DNA of 64,000 bases from Pseudomonadota bacterium (GTDB lineage: Bacteria > Bdellovibrionota > UBA2428), in contig JAGNHS010000009.1 of NCBI GenBank assembly GCA_018001635.1, positions 3,091 to 67,090 on the forward strand. The letters run 5' to 3'. The notes beneath the pieces are model-generated. The model made no database searches. It was not told the DNA's origin and was given only the letters and a program-made list of their open reading frames with translations. A program made the translations under genes and the position numbers. This document shows, piece after piece, positions 34,831-42,682 of the stretch. Each line of letters starts with the position of its first letter. The first letter of the stretch is position 1.

Positions 34831-35910
34831 TCAAAGAAAACTCAAAGAGGTACTTCCCACTAATGAATAAGTACTTCTTTGATGTTTTCTCCATAGAATG
34901 TTGGTTGCCGTTAAAGAAACAATAAATGGAAGCTTTTCGAAGGGAGCATAACTTAAAGTTGAGCAAAGTTCCTTTCTAACATAATCAACTGCAAAACCTA
35001 CTTGAGGAATAACTCGAGTTCCTATTCCAAAAAATGGAGCAATACCACCTTTGCCATTTCTTGAATCTACAAAATCAGTAAAATTTTTATTTCCATATCC
35101 AAAAGTGTACTGAATTTCACTAAAAGAATAGACGGGCAATCTAAGTTGTATTTTTTGAGAAATACTTAAATATCTTGAACCTAAAAATTGATTGTCTTCT
35201 TTTTTATAGCCCCACTTCAATACATGACTCATACCGTAAGCAATTGAGGCACCTGCAATAAATGGAAGCATTCTTGAAAACTTTAGATGGACTCCTCCTA
35301 AATCAAAATCAGGTATTCGACCAATTTCTAAACTTTTACCTTTTCTCGTTTTATAAATACTATCGGCCACTATTGAAACTGACCCGCCTATATATTTGGC
35401 AGGATTTCCAAATCCAAAACCACCACCAATGGCTGCATCGTTAATTGAGGCTGTTCTTTTAGAGGGAGAGTAAACACCATATCCAAAAAGTGTTCCCCAC
35501 GAACCCCCAAAACCAGAAGGAGCTGAGCCGGACGAACCGGGATTAGGCCATTCTTTCATGATTTCTATTTTATCTCTTCTGAAATTACGCATCAAGTCAA
35601 TTAAGGTTGTGTTATAGAATTCGTGATAATGACGACTTAGCTCATCCTTTTTCTTTGGATTTTCTTTTATTTTGTTTTTTAACTCAGTCTGAATGATAAC
35701 TTTATAATCTTCTTTAAAATCCTTAAAAATTTCTTTTTGTTCTTGAGTAAGACGATCCTCTTCTCTTTTAAGATCAGCATCAGTAGGGAAGCTTGTATCT
35801 GTGGGAATTTTAGATTTTGAGACAATATTTTGGGCCATTGAATTCAGAGTAGATAAAACTAAGCTAGTTAAGAGTAAATTTTTTTTTATATCGTAAGTAT
35901 TCATCATCAT
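34831..35910 (-). CDS. Outer-membrane-barrel-like protein with an N-terminal charged helical region (paralog of 37226-38290)
   Basis: Signal peptide. About 90 aa of K/E-rich sequence. Then Gly/aromatic alternating segments. Shares conserved blocks with the paralog (GNPxKYIG, IAPFFxxGTRV). Confidence 0.8.
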   Translation of the reverse strand: MMMNTYDIKKNLLLTSLVLSTLNSMAQNIVSKSKIPTDTSFPTDADLKREEDRLTQEQKEIFKDFKEDYKVIIQTELKNKIKENPKKKDELSRHYHEFYNTTLIDLMRNFRRDKIEIMKEWPNPGSSGSAPSGFGGSWGTLFGYGVYSPSKRTASINDAAIGGGFGFGNPAKYIGGSVSIVADSIYKTRKGKSLEIGRIPDFDLGGVHLKFSRMLPFIAGASIAYGMSHVLKWGYKKEDNQFLGSRYLSISQKIQLRLPVYSFSEIQYTFGYGNKNFTDFVDSRNGKGGIAPFFGIGTRVIPQVGFAVDYVRKELCSTLSYAPFEKLPFIVSLTATNILWRKHQRSTYSLVGSTSLSFL

Positions 35911-36025
35911 TAGAATATCTTAAGTAAATTATTTTGTTTGATTCTAAATGGAATTTTTACAAAATCTTAATAGTTCAAAATTTCAGAAACTTCTCTTAGT
36001 GAGTCTATTCGGATATTCTATAATT

Positions 36026-36907
36026 ATGGATAAAAAACATGGCTTAAAAAGAATATTTATCAGTGCCTGTTTTTTGACGCTTATTCAATGTTCTTCGGAT
36101 TCAGAAACTAAATCTACGAGCTCTATTGTGGGAGGGGATCTTTCTGTAAAAAACTCTCAACTGCTTTTTGGTTTTAATTTTATTAATAAGCTTGAAGAGC
36201 TGCCTGGCTATGCTGAATGTAAATTCGAATTTAAAACGGATGGCTTTCCGCCTAAAAAGTTTATTGTTAGGGCTAAAGTTGGTCAGAAAACGGTATTAGC
36301 TCCAGTGGCTTTTCCTCAATTTAAGTTGTCGGGCATAGATTGTGGTGATTATGGAAGTCTAACTAAGGACATTTTTAATCCCGAAAATCCTCTAATAAAA
36401 ATGGAGTCCGACAGAGTGCAGTTTGCGGGGCTTTATGAATTAACGACTCGGAATGGGGCGTTGAGTGTACAATTACGTAAACAATGGTCTTTAGATTTTT
36501 TGCGAAGAGTTGCTTTTGAGTCGGGCGCCTCATGGGGAGGGCGTTTGTATAGTGCTTATTCCTCTAAGCAAATCCAAGCTGGAATGATTCCAAAGTCTAT
36601 TTCAAGTCCTGTAATAGTGGTGAAAACTAGTGGATCCAAAACGAAAAACATTGCGCTCATTGATAGAGAAAAGCGAGGTTTAGAGAAACTAATTCAATCC
36701 TGTATGCTCGATGAAAATTTTCGTAATCCCATAGTTGTAGGTTATTTAGCAATGCAGGTAAAATTCTCAAATGGAAAATTTGAGCAATTTGAAAAGGTTC
36801 AAGATCAGGGCACCTACTCTAAAGAATTCCAAGACTGCGTAAAATCAAAGCTTCAAGAGCACGATTCAAAAGACCCAAGTATCAACAGAGCTGCGTTTAA
36901 GATTTGA
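36026..36907 (+). CDS. Cys4 lipoprotein/periplasmic protein (paralog of 39236-40081) with a TonB-C/AgmX-PglI-like C-terminal region
   Basis: MDKKHGLKRIFISACFLTLIQC signal/lipobox (track ORF is open from 35948). Conserved blocks GFPPK, FNPE, CxxDExFRNP, GKFEQFE, FQDCVK. Confidence 0.75.
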   Translation: MDKKHGLKRIFISACFLTLIQCSSDSETKSTSSIVGGDLSVKNSQLLFGFNFINKLEELPGYAECKFEFKTDGFPPKKFIVRAKVGQKTVLAPVAFPQFKLSGIDCGDYGSLTKDIFNPENPLIKMESDRVQFAGLYELTTRNGALSVQLRKQWSLDFLRRVAFESGASWGGRLYSAYSSKQIQAGMIPKSISSPVIVVKTSGSKTKNIALIDREKRGLEKLIQSCMLDENFRNPIVVGYLAMQVKFSNGKFEQFEKVQDQGTYSKEFQDCVKSKLQEHDSKDPSINRAAFKI

Positions 36908-36915
36908 GACTTTTT

Positions 36916-37209
36916 TTAGCGGCCAGGCTTTTTTGTGACAACATAAACGTCACCACCAATTTTTGAGGCTTGGCCGTTAGTACCAGCCATTGCACTTCTA
37001 ACAGCTCCAGCAATAGCGGTACCAGCGGCTGCGGCGCCAGCAGAAGCACCAGCTCCTGTATCAACGGAAGGTAGGCTATTTGATTTCTTGCCTGGTGGTA
37101 AAACAAAGGTATCTTTTGAAGGTATTCCACTTCCTGCAAATGTTGAAAATATACTTAAAGAGACCGCAAAAGTTGCAGTTTTTAGACTAAGCATTTTATA
37201 ATTTTTCAT
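36916..37209 (-). CDS. Small secreted Gly/Ala-rich (glycine-zipper-like) protein
   Basis: Signal peptide (AVSLSIFSTFA-GS). GAGASAGAAAAGTAIAGAVRSAMAG. SD AGGAGG lies 4 nt upstream. The gap to the upstream barrel gene is 16 nt. Confidence 0.7.
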   Translation of the reverse strand: MKNYKMLSLKTATFAVSLSIFSTFAGSGIPSKDTFVLPPGKKSNSLPSVDTGAGASAGAAAAGTAIAGAVRSAMAGTNGQASKIGGDVYVVTKKPGR

Positions 37210-37225
37210 AGGGCCTCCTGTATAG

Positions 37226-38290
37226 TTATCGACTTATAAAGTCGTAGAAAAATGAACCAGAAACACTTATCATTTTGTTCAATCCACCGGCTTTATTCAA
37301 GTTAATTGCAAGTAAAGAAAATGCTAAGGGAAAGCTACGAAATGGTGTGATGTTGATGAAGGCGTTTATTCTTTTGGCCTCATATTCTATGCCTAGCCCT
37401 AGGGGTGGGGCGACTCGAGTTCCTACGCTAAAAAATGGAGCGATTATACTTCTAATTTTACCGTTCTTGTTCACACGAGTATCATCATCTACGAATCCTC
37501 CACCTCTACCTAAACCAAAGCTAAATTGAAATACGCTGAAGTATTCGTGGGGTAAGCCCTTAACATAATAGTGAGTTAAAACTAAGTGCTCAGATCTACG
37601 AAGATCAATTTGGCTTTCATAGCCGTAGCTTGCTACATAACTTTCACCTAGTCCCAACGCAAAATTACCGGGCAAATTTCTATGTAAAGATACGTGATAG
37701 GCCCCTATTGAAAAGTCTGGTGCTTTTGTAAGGTCGTAACGTTTTCCGTTTTTTGCCGTATAAAGGTCTTGAAAATCAAAAGTATTTTGAATTCCTATAT
37801 ATTTATCTGGATTACCTAATCCAAATGAAAATCCAGCGCCAGCATCATTCTTGTTAGAGTACATATCTTTAAATGTATAAACACCCCAGAGTGCAACTTG
37901 ACCCCATTCCATGCCTGAGCCTGTTGGAGAGGTTCCCGAAATTCCAGGGAACATCCATTCTCTATAAATTTCAATATTTCCTAGGGTGTAGTTTCTTTTT
38001 AAGTCGGCGAGAGTTTCGTTATAGGATTGTTCGTAATCCTTTTTGTATTGAGCTTTGTTGGCGGGATTTCTTTTAATTTTTTCTTTGAGCTCTTTTTGAA
38101 ATAACTCCTTTAGGGCTGCCTTGGCCTCATTAAAATGTGCGAGCTTTTCTTCGCTGAGTGGAGGGTAGTCTTCTTTTGGAGCTGAAAAACCTGTGTAAGA
38201 AAACAGAATCATTAAAATTAGTGTTTTTTTTTTAAAAAAATTGCTTTTAAAAAATTTGCTCGAAATTGATTTAGGATAAAGTTTGAGCAT
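37226..38290 (-). CDS. Outer-membrane-barrel-like protein with an N-terminal charged helical region (paralog of 34831-35910)
   Basis: Signal peptide. Blocks ELKEKIKRNP, YNETLADLKRNY, IEIYREWMFPGISGTSPTG, GNPDKYIG, IAPFFSVGTRV. Confidence 0.8.
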   Translation of the reverse strand: MLKLYPKSISSKFFKSNFFKKKTLILMILFSYTGFSAPKEDYPPLSEEKLAHFNEAKAALKELFQKELKEKIKRNPANKAQYKKDYEQSYNETLADLKRNYTLGNIEIYREWMFPGISGTSPTGSGMEWGQVALWGVYTFKDMYSNKNDAGAGFSFGLGNPDKYIGIQNTFDFQDLYTAKNGKRYDLTKAPDFSIGAYHVSLHRNLPGNFALGLGESYVASYGYESQIDLRRSEHLVLTHYYVKGLPHEYFSVFQFSFGLGRGGGFVDDDTRVNKNGKIRSIIAPFFSVGTRVAPPLGLGIEYEAKRINAFINITPFRSFPLAFSLLAINLNKAGGLNKMISVSGSFFYDFISR

Positions 38291-38425
38291 AGCCTAAAGT
38301 ATCTCAAGAACTAGAGTTTATTCCAAATATTTCAAAAGCAATTAAATGGCGAAATTGACCATTTTGATTTTTGTATATTTTATATTTTTTTATATTTCGA
38401 ATTAAAACAATGTATTCTGCATTTA

Positions 38426-39196
38426 ATGCCTAAAACTCGTAGCCTTTTAGGCTTTATTCTTTTTATTTCATTTAGCTCGTCTCAAGCCGATGAAATTTTT
38501 AAAGCTTCTCGGATGGCAAGTGATTTTTCTTCACCTGTCACTAATTCTATACCTAGAACAGTTTTGCTAAGTGGAGCAGGTCTTACAATCTTTCTGGCCA
38601 TAACTAAAAAAAATGTGGCAGAGCCCTTTCGAGATGATTTAAGGAAAAATTCAATTGCTACACAGCTTAGACCTCTGGGAGCTTTTGGTGGAAGCGGCAT
38701 TGCCAACGCAGCCTATGCTGTAGGGATGTTGGGTGATTATTTTATTCGAGGTTCTCGTAAAAGTTTAGGCAATGCTACGCTTATGAGTGAAGCCACCTTT
38801 TATTCTGCAGCCTTGGCTTATGGATTAAAAGAAACAACACATGAACCGCGTCCTGATAGGCCGAAAGAGATGGATTCATTTCCTTCAGGAAGTAGTGCTT
38901 TATCCTTTTCCTTTGCTAGCTATGTGGGTGCAAGACATTCTATTTGGTGGGGCGCTGGAGCTTATACTTTGGCAACGATAACGGCAATGAGCAGACTTAA
39001 TCGGAATCGACATTACTTACATGATGTCACGGCTGGGGCAACATTAGGAGCGGCCTATGGTCTTGGAGTCTATTTTCAAAACTTTCATAAGAAAAATCAA
39101 AAACTCGGGGTTAATACTCAAGAAGATTTTAAACCTGAAATATTAGCGTGGATTGATTCTGAGGGGCTCAAGATTTTAGCAACAAGTCATTTTTAG
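38426..39196 (+). CDS. PAP2-superfamily phosphatase (variant C2 motif)
   Basis: C1 motif KETTHEPRP (Kx6RP). C2 reads PSGS instead of PSGH. C3 motif SRLNRNRHYLHD (SRx5Hx3D). Several TM segments. Confidence 0.8.
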   Translation: MPKTRSLLGFILFISFSSSQADEIFKASRMASDFSSPVTNSIPRTVLLSGAGLTIFLAITKKNVAEPFRDDLRKNSIATQLRPLGAFGGSGIANAAYAVGMLGDYFIRGSRKSLGNATLMSEATFYSAALAYGLKETTHEPRPDRPKEMDSFPSGSSALSFSFASYVGARHSIWWGAGAYTLATITAMSRLNRNRHYLHDVTAGATLGAAYGLGVYFQNFHKKNQKLGVNTQEDFKPEILAWIDSEGLKILATSHF

Positions 39197-39235
39197 CTCT
39201 TACAATAATTATAAAAATGCCTAATATATAGATAA

Positions 39236-40081
39236 GTGAATATATTTCAAAAACTATTATTTATAGTGGCTTCTTTTGTTTTACTTTTAAAATGTGCTTC
39301 GAATGCTGACAAAAATGCCAATCCCAATTTGGGCGGAACTAACGTTTTATTTGAACTTGATGTTCCAGAAAAATTAAAAAAAGATACAGGCACTGGAACA
39401 TGTAGTCTTGTATTTTCTACTCTTGGCTTTCCGCCGAAACTCAATGTGGTTAAATCAAGCGATCAAAGCAGGATAACTGTAGGGAAAGTTCCCAATGAAG
39501 ATATTAAACTGACTCAAATTTACTGCAACGGAAAAAAAAGTGTTTTAAAAAGTGCTTTCAATCCAGAAGTTACTAAAATTAATATTCAAAAAAATAAAAC
39601 TCATTATTTAGGAATGATTGTTTTATATTTTCTTGAAGATGGTGGATTTAGTTTTTATGTTAAAGCCAGTGAGTCTAAGCGTTTTTTAAAAAACAACTAC
39701 GAACAAGTCACAGCAACAGATAAAGATAACCTTGTAAGTCCATATTCTGGTAAAGCTTTAACGGCTGAATTGATAAACGCCGCACCTGAAAAGCGAGGTG
39801 TCGATTTTAAGGCTGAAGTTCCTGGGGCAAAATCACAAGAAGATAAAATGCGCCTCAATGCCTCGGTCAAAAAATGCGCAAATGATGAAGATTTAAGAAA
39901 TCCTCTACATTTTGGAAATTATAAATTTGAAGCTAGTTTTTTAGATGGGAAATTTGAAAGTTTTGAGGTTAAAGAAAATAGCAATGTGTATACTCAACAG
40001 TTTACTGATTGCTTAAAACAGAGTTTTAAAACCTATATTCCCTTGACTCAAAAGAGAATTAAATACGCTTTGTCTATTTGA
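39236..40081 (+). CDS. Cys4 lipoprotein/periplasmic protein (paralog of 36026-36907)
   Basis: GTG start. Signal FIVASFVLLLKC. Blocks GFPPK, FNPE, CANDEDLRNP, GKFESFE, FTDCLK. Confidence 0.75.
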   Translation: MNIFQKLLFIVASFVLLLKCASNADKNANPNLGGTNVLFELDVPEKLKKDTGTGTCSLVFSTLGFPPKLNVVKSSDQSRITVGKVPNEDIKLTQIYCNGKKSVLKSAFNPEVTKINIQKNKTHYLGMIVLYFLEDGGFSFYVKASESKRFLKNNYEQVTATDKDNLVSPYSGKALTAELINAAPEKRGVDFKAEVPGAKSQEDKMRLNASVKKCANDEDLRNPLHFGNYKFEASFLDGKFESFEVKENSNVYTQQFTDCLKQSFKTYIPLTQKRIKYALSI

Positions 40082-40104
40082 AGTTTCTAAACGGTCTTAA
40101 CTAT

Positions 40105-41079
40105 TTATAAAGTGTAGATTTTTCCTTCAAATGGAAGGCTAATCATTAATGGATGGCGCTGACCATGCTTTTTGTGGAGATATTTGTAGGCTCGATTTAA
40201 AACTTGATCCAATTTTCGATCATTATAGTTGGGGTTGTGATGAATGAGAATCAGGTGTTTCACCTTGTGCCGAACTGCAAAATCCACTCCCATATCGATG
40301 CTGGGGTGACCATAGTCTTGAGCTTTAACAAAGTCTTCGTGCGTATAATGGGCGTCGAGGGCCAATAAATCAGCCGACGAATATATGTTGAAATCTTTTG
40401 GGTAATTGGTTCTGAAGGTGTTGGCTAGATCGGTGTCTGTTGCGAATACAAAACTTTTAGTGGTTTCTTCAAAACGATAGACATAACTTGTTCCTGGGTG
40501 AGATTGGGGGGCGGCAGCGACTCTTAAATCGCCAACTTTAAAAACCTCATGTTTTTTTATGGTGTGAAATTCAAATCTTGGGCTCACGAATGAGTACGGA
40601 ACTGGAAAAAAATCCCTATCAAAAAGTTTAGAAACTCTTCGTTCAAGATTGGGGTGACATCCATAAAAGTGAAATTTATTTTCTCCTTTATAAATATGGT
40701 TTAGGGTTGGTAGAGCAATGATGTGATCCCAATGTGTGTGACTTAAGAAAAAGGCAACTTCTCCTTTTTCTTTTTGAAATAACTTATTGTTAATACCTGA
40801 TTTGTGGTCGCTTGCGGCAGCGCTCAAGCCCGTGCCCAAATCTAAGAAAATTGGAAAGGGGGCTGATGCAGAACGTAGTTCTACACATGTTGTATGTTGG
40901 CTGAAGGATGAAGACATCCCAAAATCGAGTTCAGAAAATAGTTTTTTTATTTTCGTCCAATTTGCCTTAGGGTTTTTTTTTATAAGACTGAAAGTGAATT
41001 TAGCGATTTCTTCGATTCTTTTGGGAGAGGTGCTAGTGCTGTAACTCCCCCTGGAGCCGTAAAAAACTACTTTCATCAA
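40105..41079 (-). CDS. MBL-fold metallo-hydrolase
   Basis: HxHxDH motif (SHTHWDH) plus downstream His/Asp ligands (HPGTSY, DTD, HH). Confidence 0.8.
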   Translation of the reverse strand: MMKVVFYGSRGSYSTSTSPKRIEEIAKFTFSLIKKNPKANWTKIKKLFSELDFGMSSSFSQHTTCVELRSASAPFPIFLDLGTGLSAAASDHKSGINNKLFQKEKGEVAFFLSHTHWDHIIALPTLNHIYKGENKFHFYGCHPNLERRVSKLFDRDFFPVPYSFVSPRFEFHTIKKHEVFKVGDLRVAAAPQSHPGTSYVYRFEETTKSFVFATDTDLANTFRTNYPKDFNIYSSADLLALDAHYTHEDFVKAQDYGHPSIDMGVDFAVRHKVKHLILIHHNPNYNDRKLDQVLNRAYKYLHKKHGQRHPLMISLPFEGKIYTL

Positions 41080-42011
41080 TCTTCACCAGCTTCAAGTTTT
41101 ATAGAGGGAAAAATGACTTTAACTTCTTTTGAAGAAATTTTACGAATTTCAATTTTATCACCCATGTAAAGGGGAATGTTGGGACTTTCGTGGCCAGCGT
41201 CTATTCGACTTGCTAAAAATAAGCCGCGCTCTTTGGCCCACGTTTTTAAGATGTCTCGATATCCGGGGCAATCAGTGAAGTGTCCGAGCAGGATGCCTTG
41301 GCAATTCTCAAAAAATTTGGATTGACCAAGAATGGAAATCAATCGATCGATTTTATAATAACCTTCAGTAATGTCTTCAAGAAATAGAAAGTAGGGTTGT
41401 TTGGGTTTTTTTAACCAATCTCGGCCAAACATTGAGACTATCGACATAAGGTTTCCACCGAGTATTTGAACTTTCTTAGGAATACTTTTATTTCCTAAAT
41501 TCCATATTTTTAAATTTTTCTGATAGCTAAAGCCATCTTTTTTAAAAAGATCTTTAAAGGCTTTATTCTCTCTAGAGTCGGGCTCTTGCCAAGATTGAGA
41601 GCAAAGCATGGGAGCGTGCACCCAGGTCCATCCAAATCTCTGAAACAGATACATTTGAATAATGGTTGAGTCAGAATAGCCCCAAACGACTTTTTTCCCT
41701 TTGGGGTGGATCTTCCATTTATCGAGCACTTCGAGAACTCGAATGGCTCCGTAACCTCCGCGTGTGCAGAAAATATTTTCCACTTTAGGGTCTTCAAGCA
41801 GAATTCTTAAGGTTTTAGCTCTTTGTTCGTCACTTCCTGCTAGATAAAATCGGACGTCGGATTCCTCTTCGCTGGCCCAGTCTAAAACTTGACGGGTGTA
41901 ATGTAATTGAAGGGGCCATCTTTTCATTCCCCGTATAGAGTTTTTTAATTTTCTAAGGGATTCGGGTGAGCTGCCCGACCATAAGTAAAAATCTGCGTTT
42001 GAAGATGGCAT
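41076..42011 (-). CDS. LD-carboxypeptidase (peptidase S66, LdcA/MccF-like)
   Basis: Nucleophile motif GYSDST and C-terminal GHxxxNxP(L) (DAGHESPNIPLYMG). 4-nt overlap with the downstream gene. Confidence 0.85.
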   Translation of the reverse strand: MPSSNADFYLWSGSSPESLRKLKNSIRGMKRWPLQLHYTRQVLDWASEEESDVRFYLAGSDEQRAKTLRILLEDPKVENIFCTRGGYGAIRVLEVLDKWKIHPKGKKVVWGYSDSTIIQMYLFQRFGWTWVHAPMLCSQSWQEPDSRENKAFKDLFKKDGFSYQKNLKIWNLGNKSIPKKVQILGGNLMSIVSMFGRDWLKKPKQPYFLFLEDITEGYYKIDRLISILGQSKFFENCQGILLGHFTDCPGYRDILKTWAKERGLFLASRIDAGHESPNIPLYMGDKIEIRKISSKEVKVIFPSIKLEAGED

Positions 42012-42019
42012 ATTTAAAA

Positions 42020-42652
42020 TTAAAAGGGATAGCCCGCTCCAAGAGAGAACATATAAACACTTCTGTGAATACTGAATGAAAATTCAGAGTAGAAAACCCA
42101 GGGGTCTAGATTTTTATGCGACCATTTGCTACCGACGAGCACGGTCCAGGGGTACTTGTCAGGCAGTTTGTTGGCCCAAAGCATCTCATATTGAAGGGCG
42201 GTATAGGGAGTGAAGAAGCCTTGGGTGAGCTCAACCTTTTTAGACACTAAGGCGCCAAGTTGGCCTAAGTAGAAGTTAAAGTTAGCGCTTCGCACATCAT
42301 CGCGAAGATAGGAGAAGCCGCCTAAGAAAGATAGGCCAATTTGACCATCAACATCCGGGAGTAAATTGTACTTCGCTAGTCCCCCGATTTGAAGATTGGT
42401 GGTCCCGGTTGCCGCTAAAAGGTCGAGGTCTAGAAAATCGTCGATAATTCCTGTTTTAATGTGACCTGAAACGTTAAAACCACCACCGTTGTTAAAAATG
42501 ATATCGCTTTGCACCTTGGTTTCAAAATGACCTGTTTTAGTCGTTTCAGCAGTTTGCATTAAAGAAGTGCCAACGCCGCAAAAAACTTTGGTGCTCGTCG
42601 CCAAGAAAAATGAAATCATTATTGTGGGTGTAAGTTTTCTTATGCTGAACAT
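42020..42652 (-). CDS. Small outer-membrane beta-barrel protein
   Basis: Signal peptide, alternating strands, C-terminal SLGAGYPF. Confidence 0.7.
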   Translation of the reverse strand: MFSIRKLTPTIMISFFLATSTKVFCGVGTSLMQTAETTKTGHFETKVQSDIIFNNGGGFNVSGHIKTGIIDDFLDLDLLAATGTTNLQIGGLAKYNLLPDVDGQIGLSFLGGFSYLRDDVRSANFNFYLGQLGALVSKKVELTQGFFTPYTALQYEMLWANKLPDKYPWTVLVGSKWSHKNLDPWVFYSEFSFSIHRSVYMFSLGAGYPF

Positions 42653-42682
42653 AATCTAAATTAAAGTTAACATGATAACGGA

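Noticed and set aside
36897-37139. 80-aa alternative minus-strand frame overlapping the glycine-zipper gene
   Set aside because: The 36916-37209 frame has a signal peptide and a strong SD directly after the upstream stop. This frame has neither.
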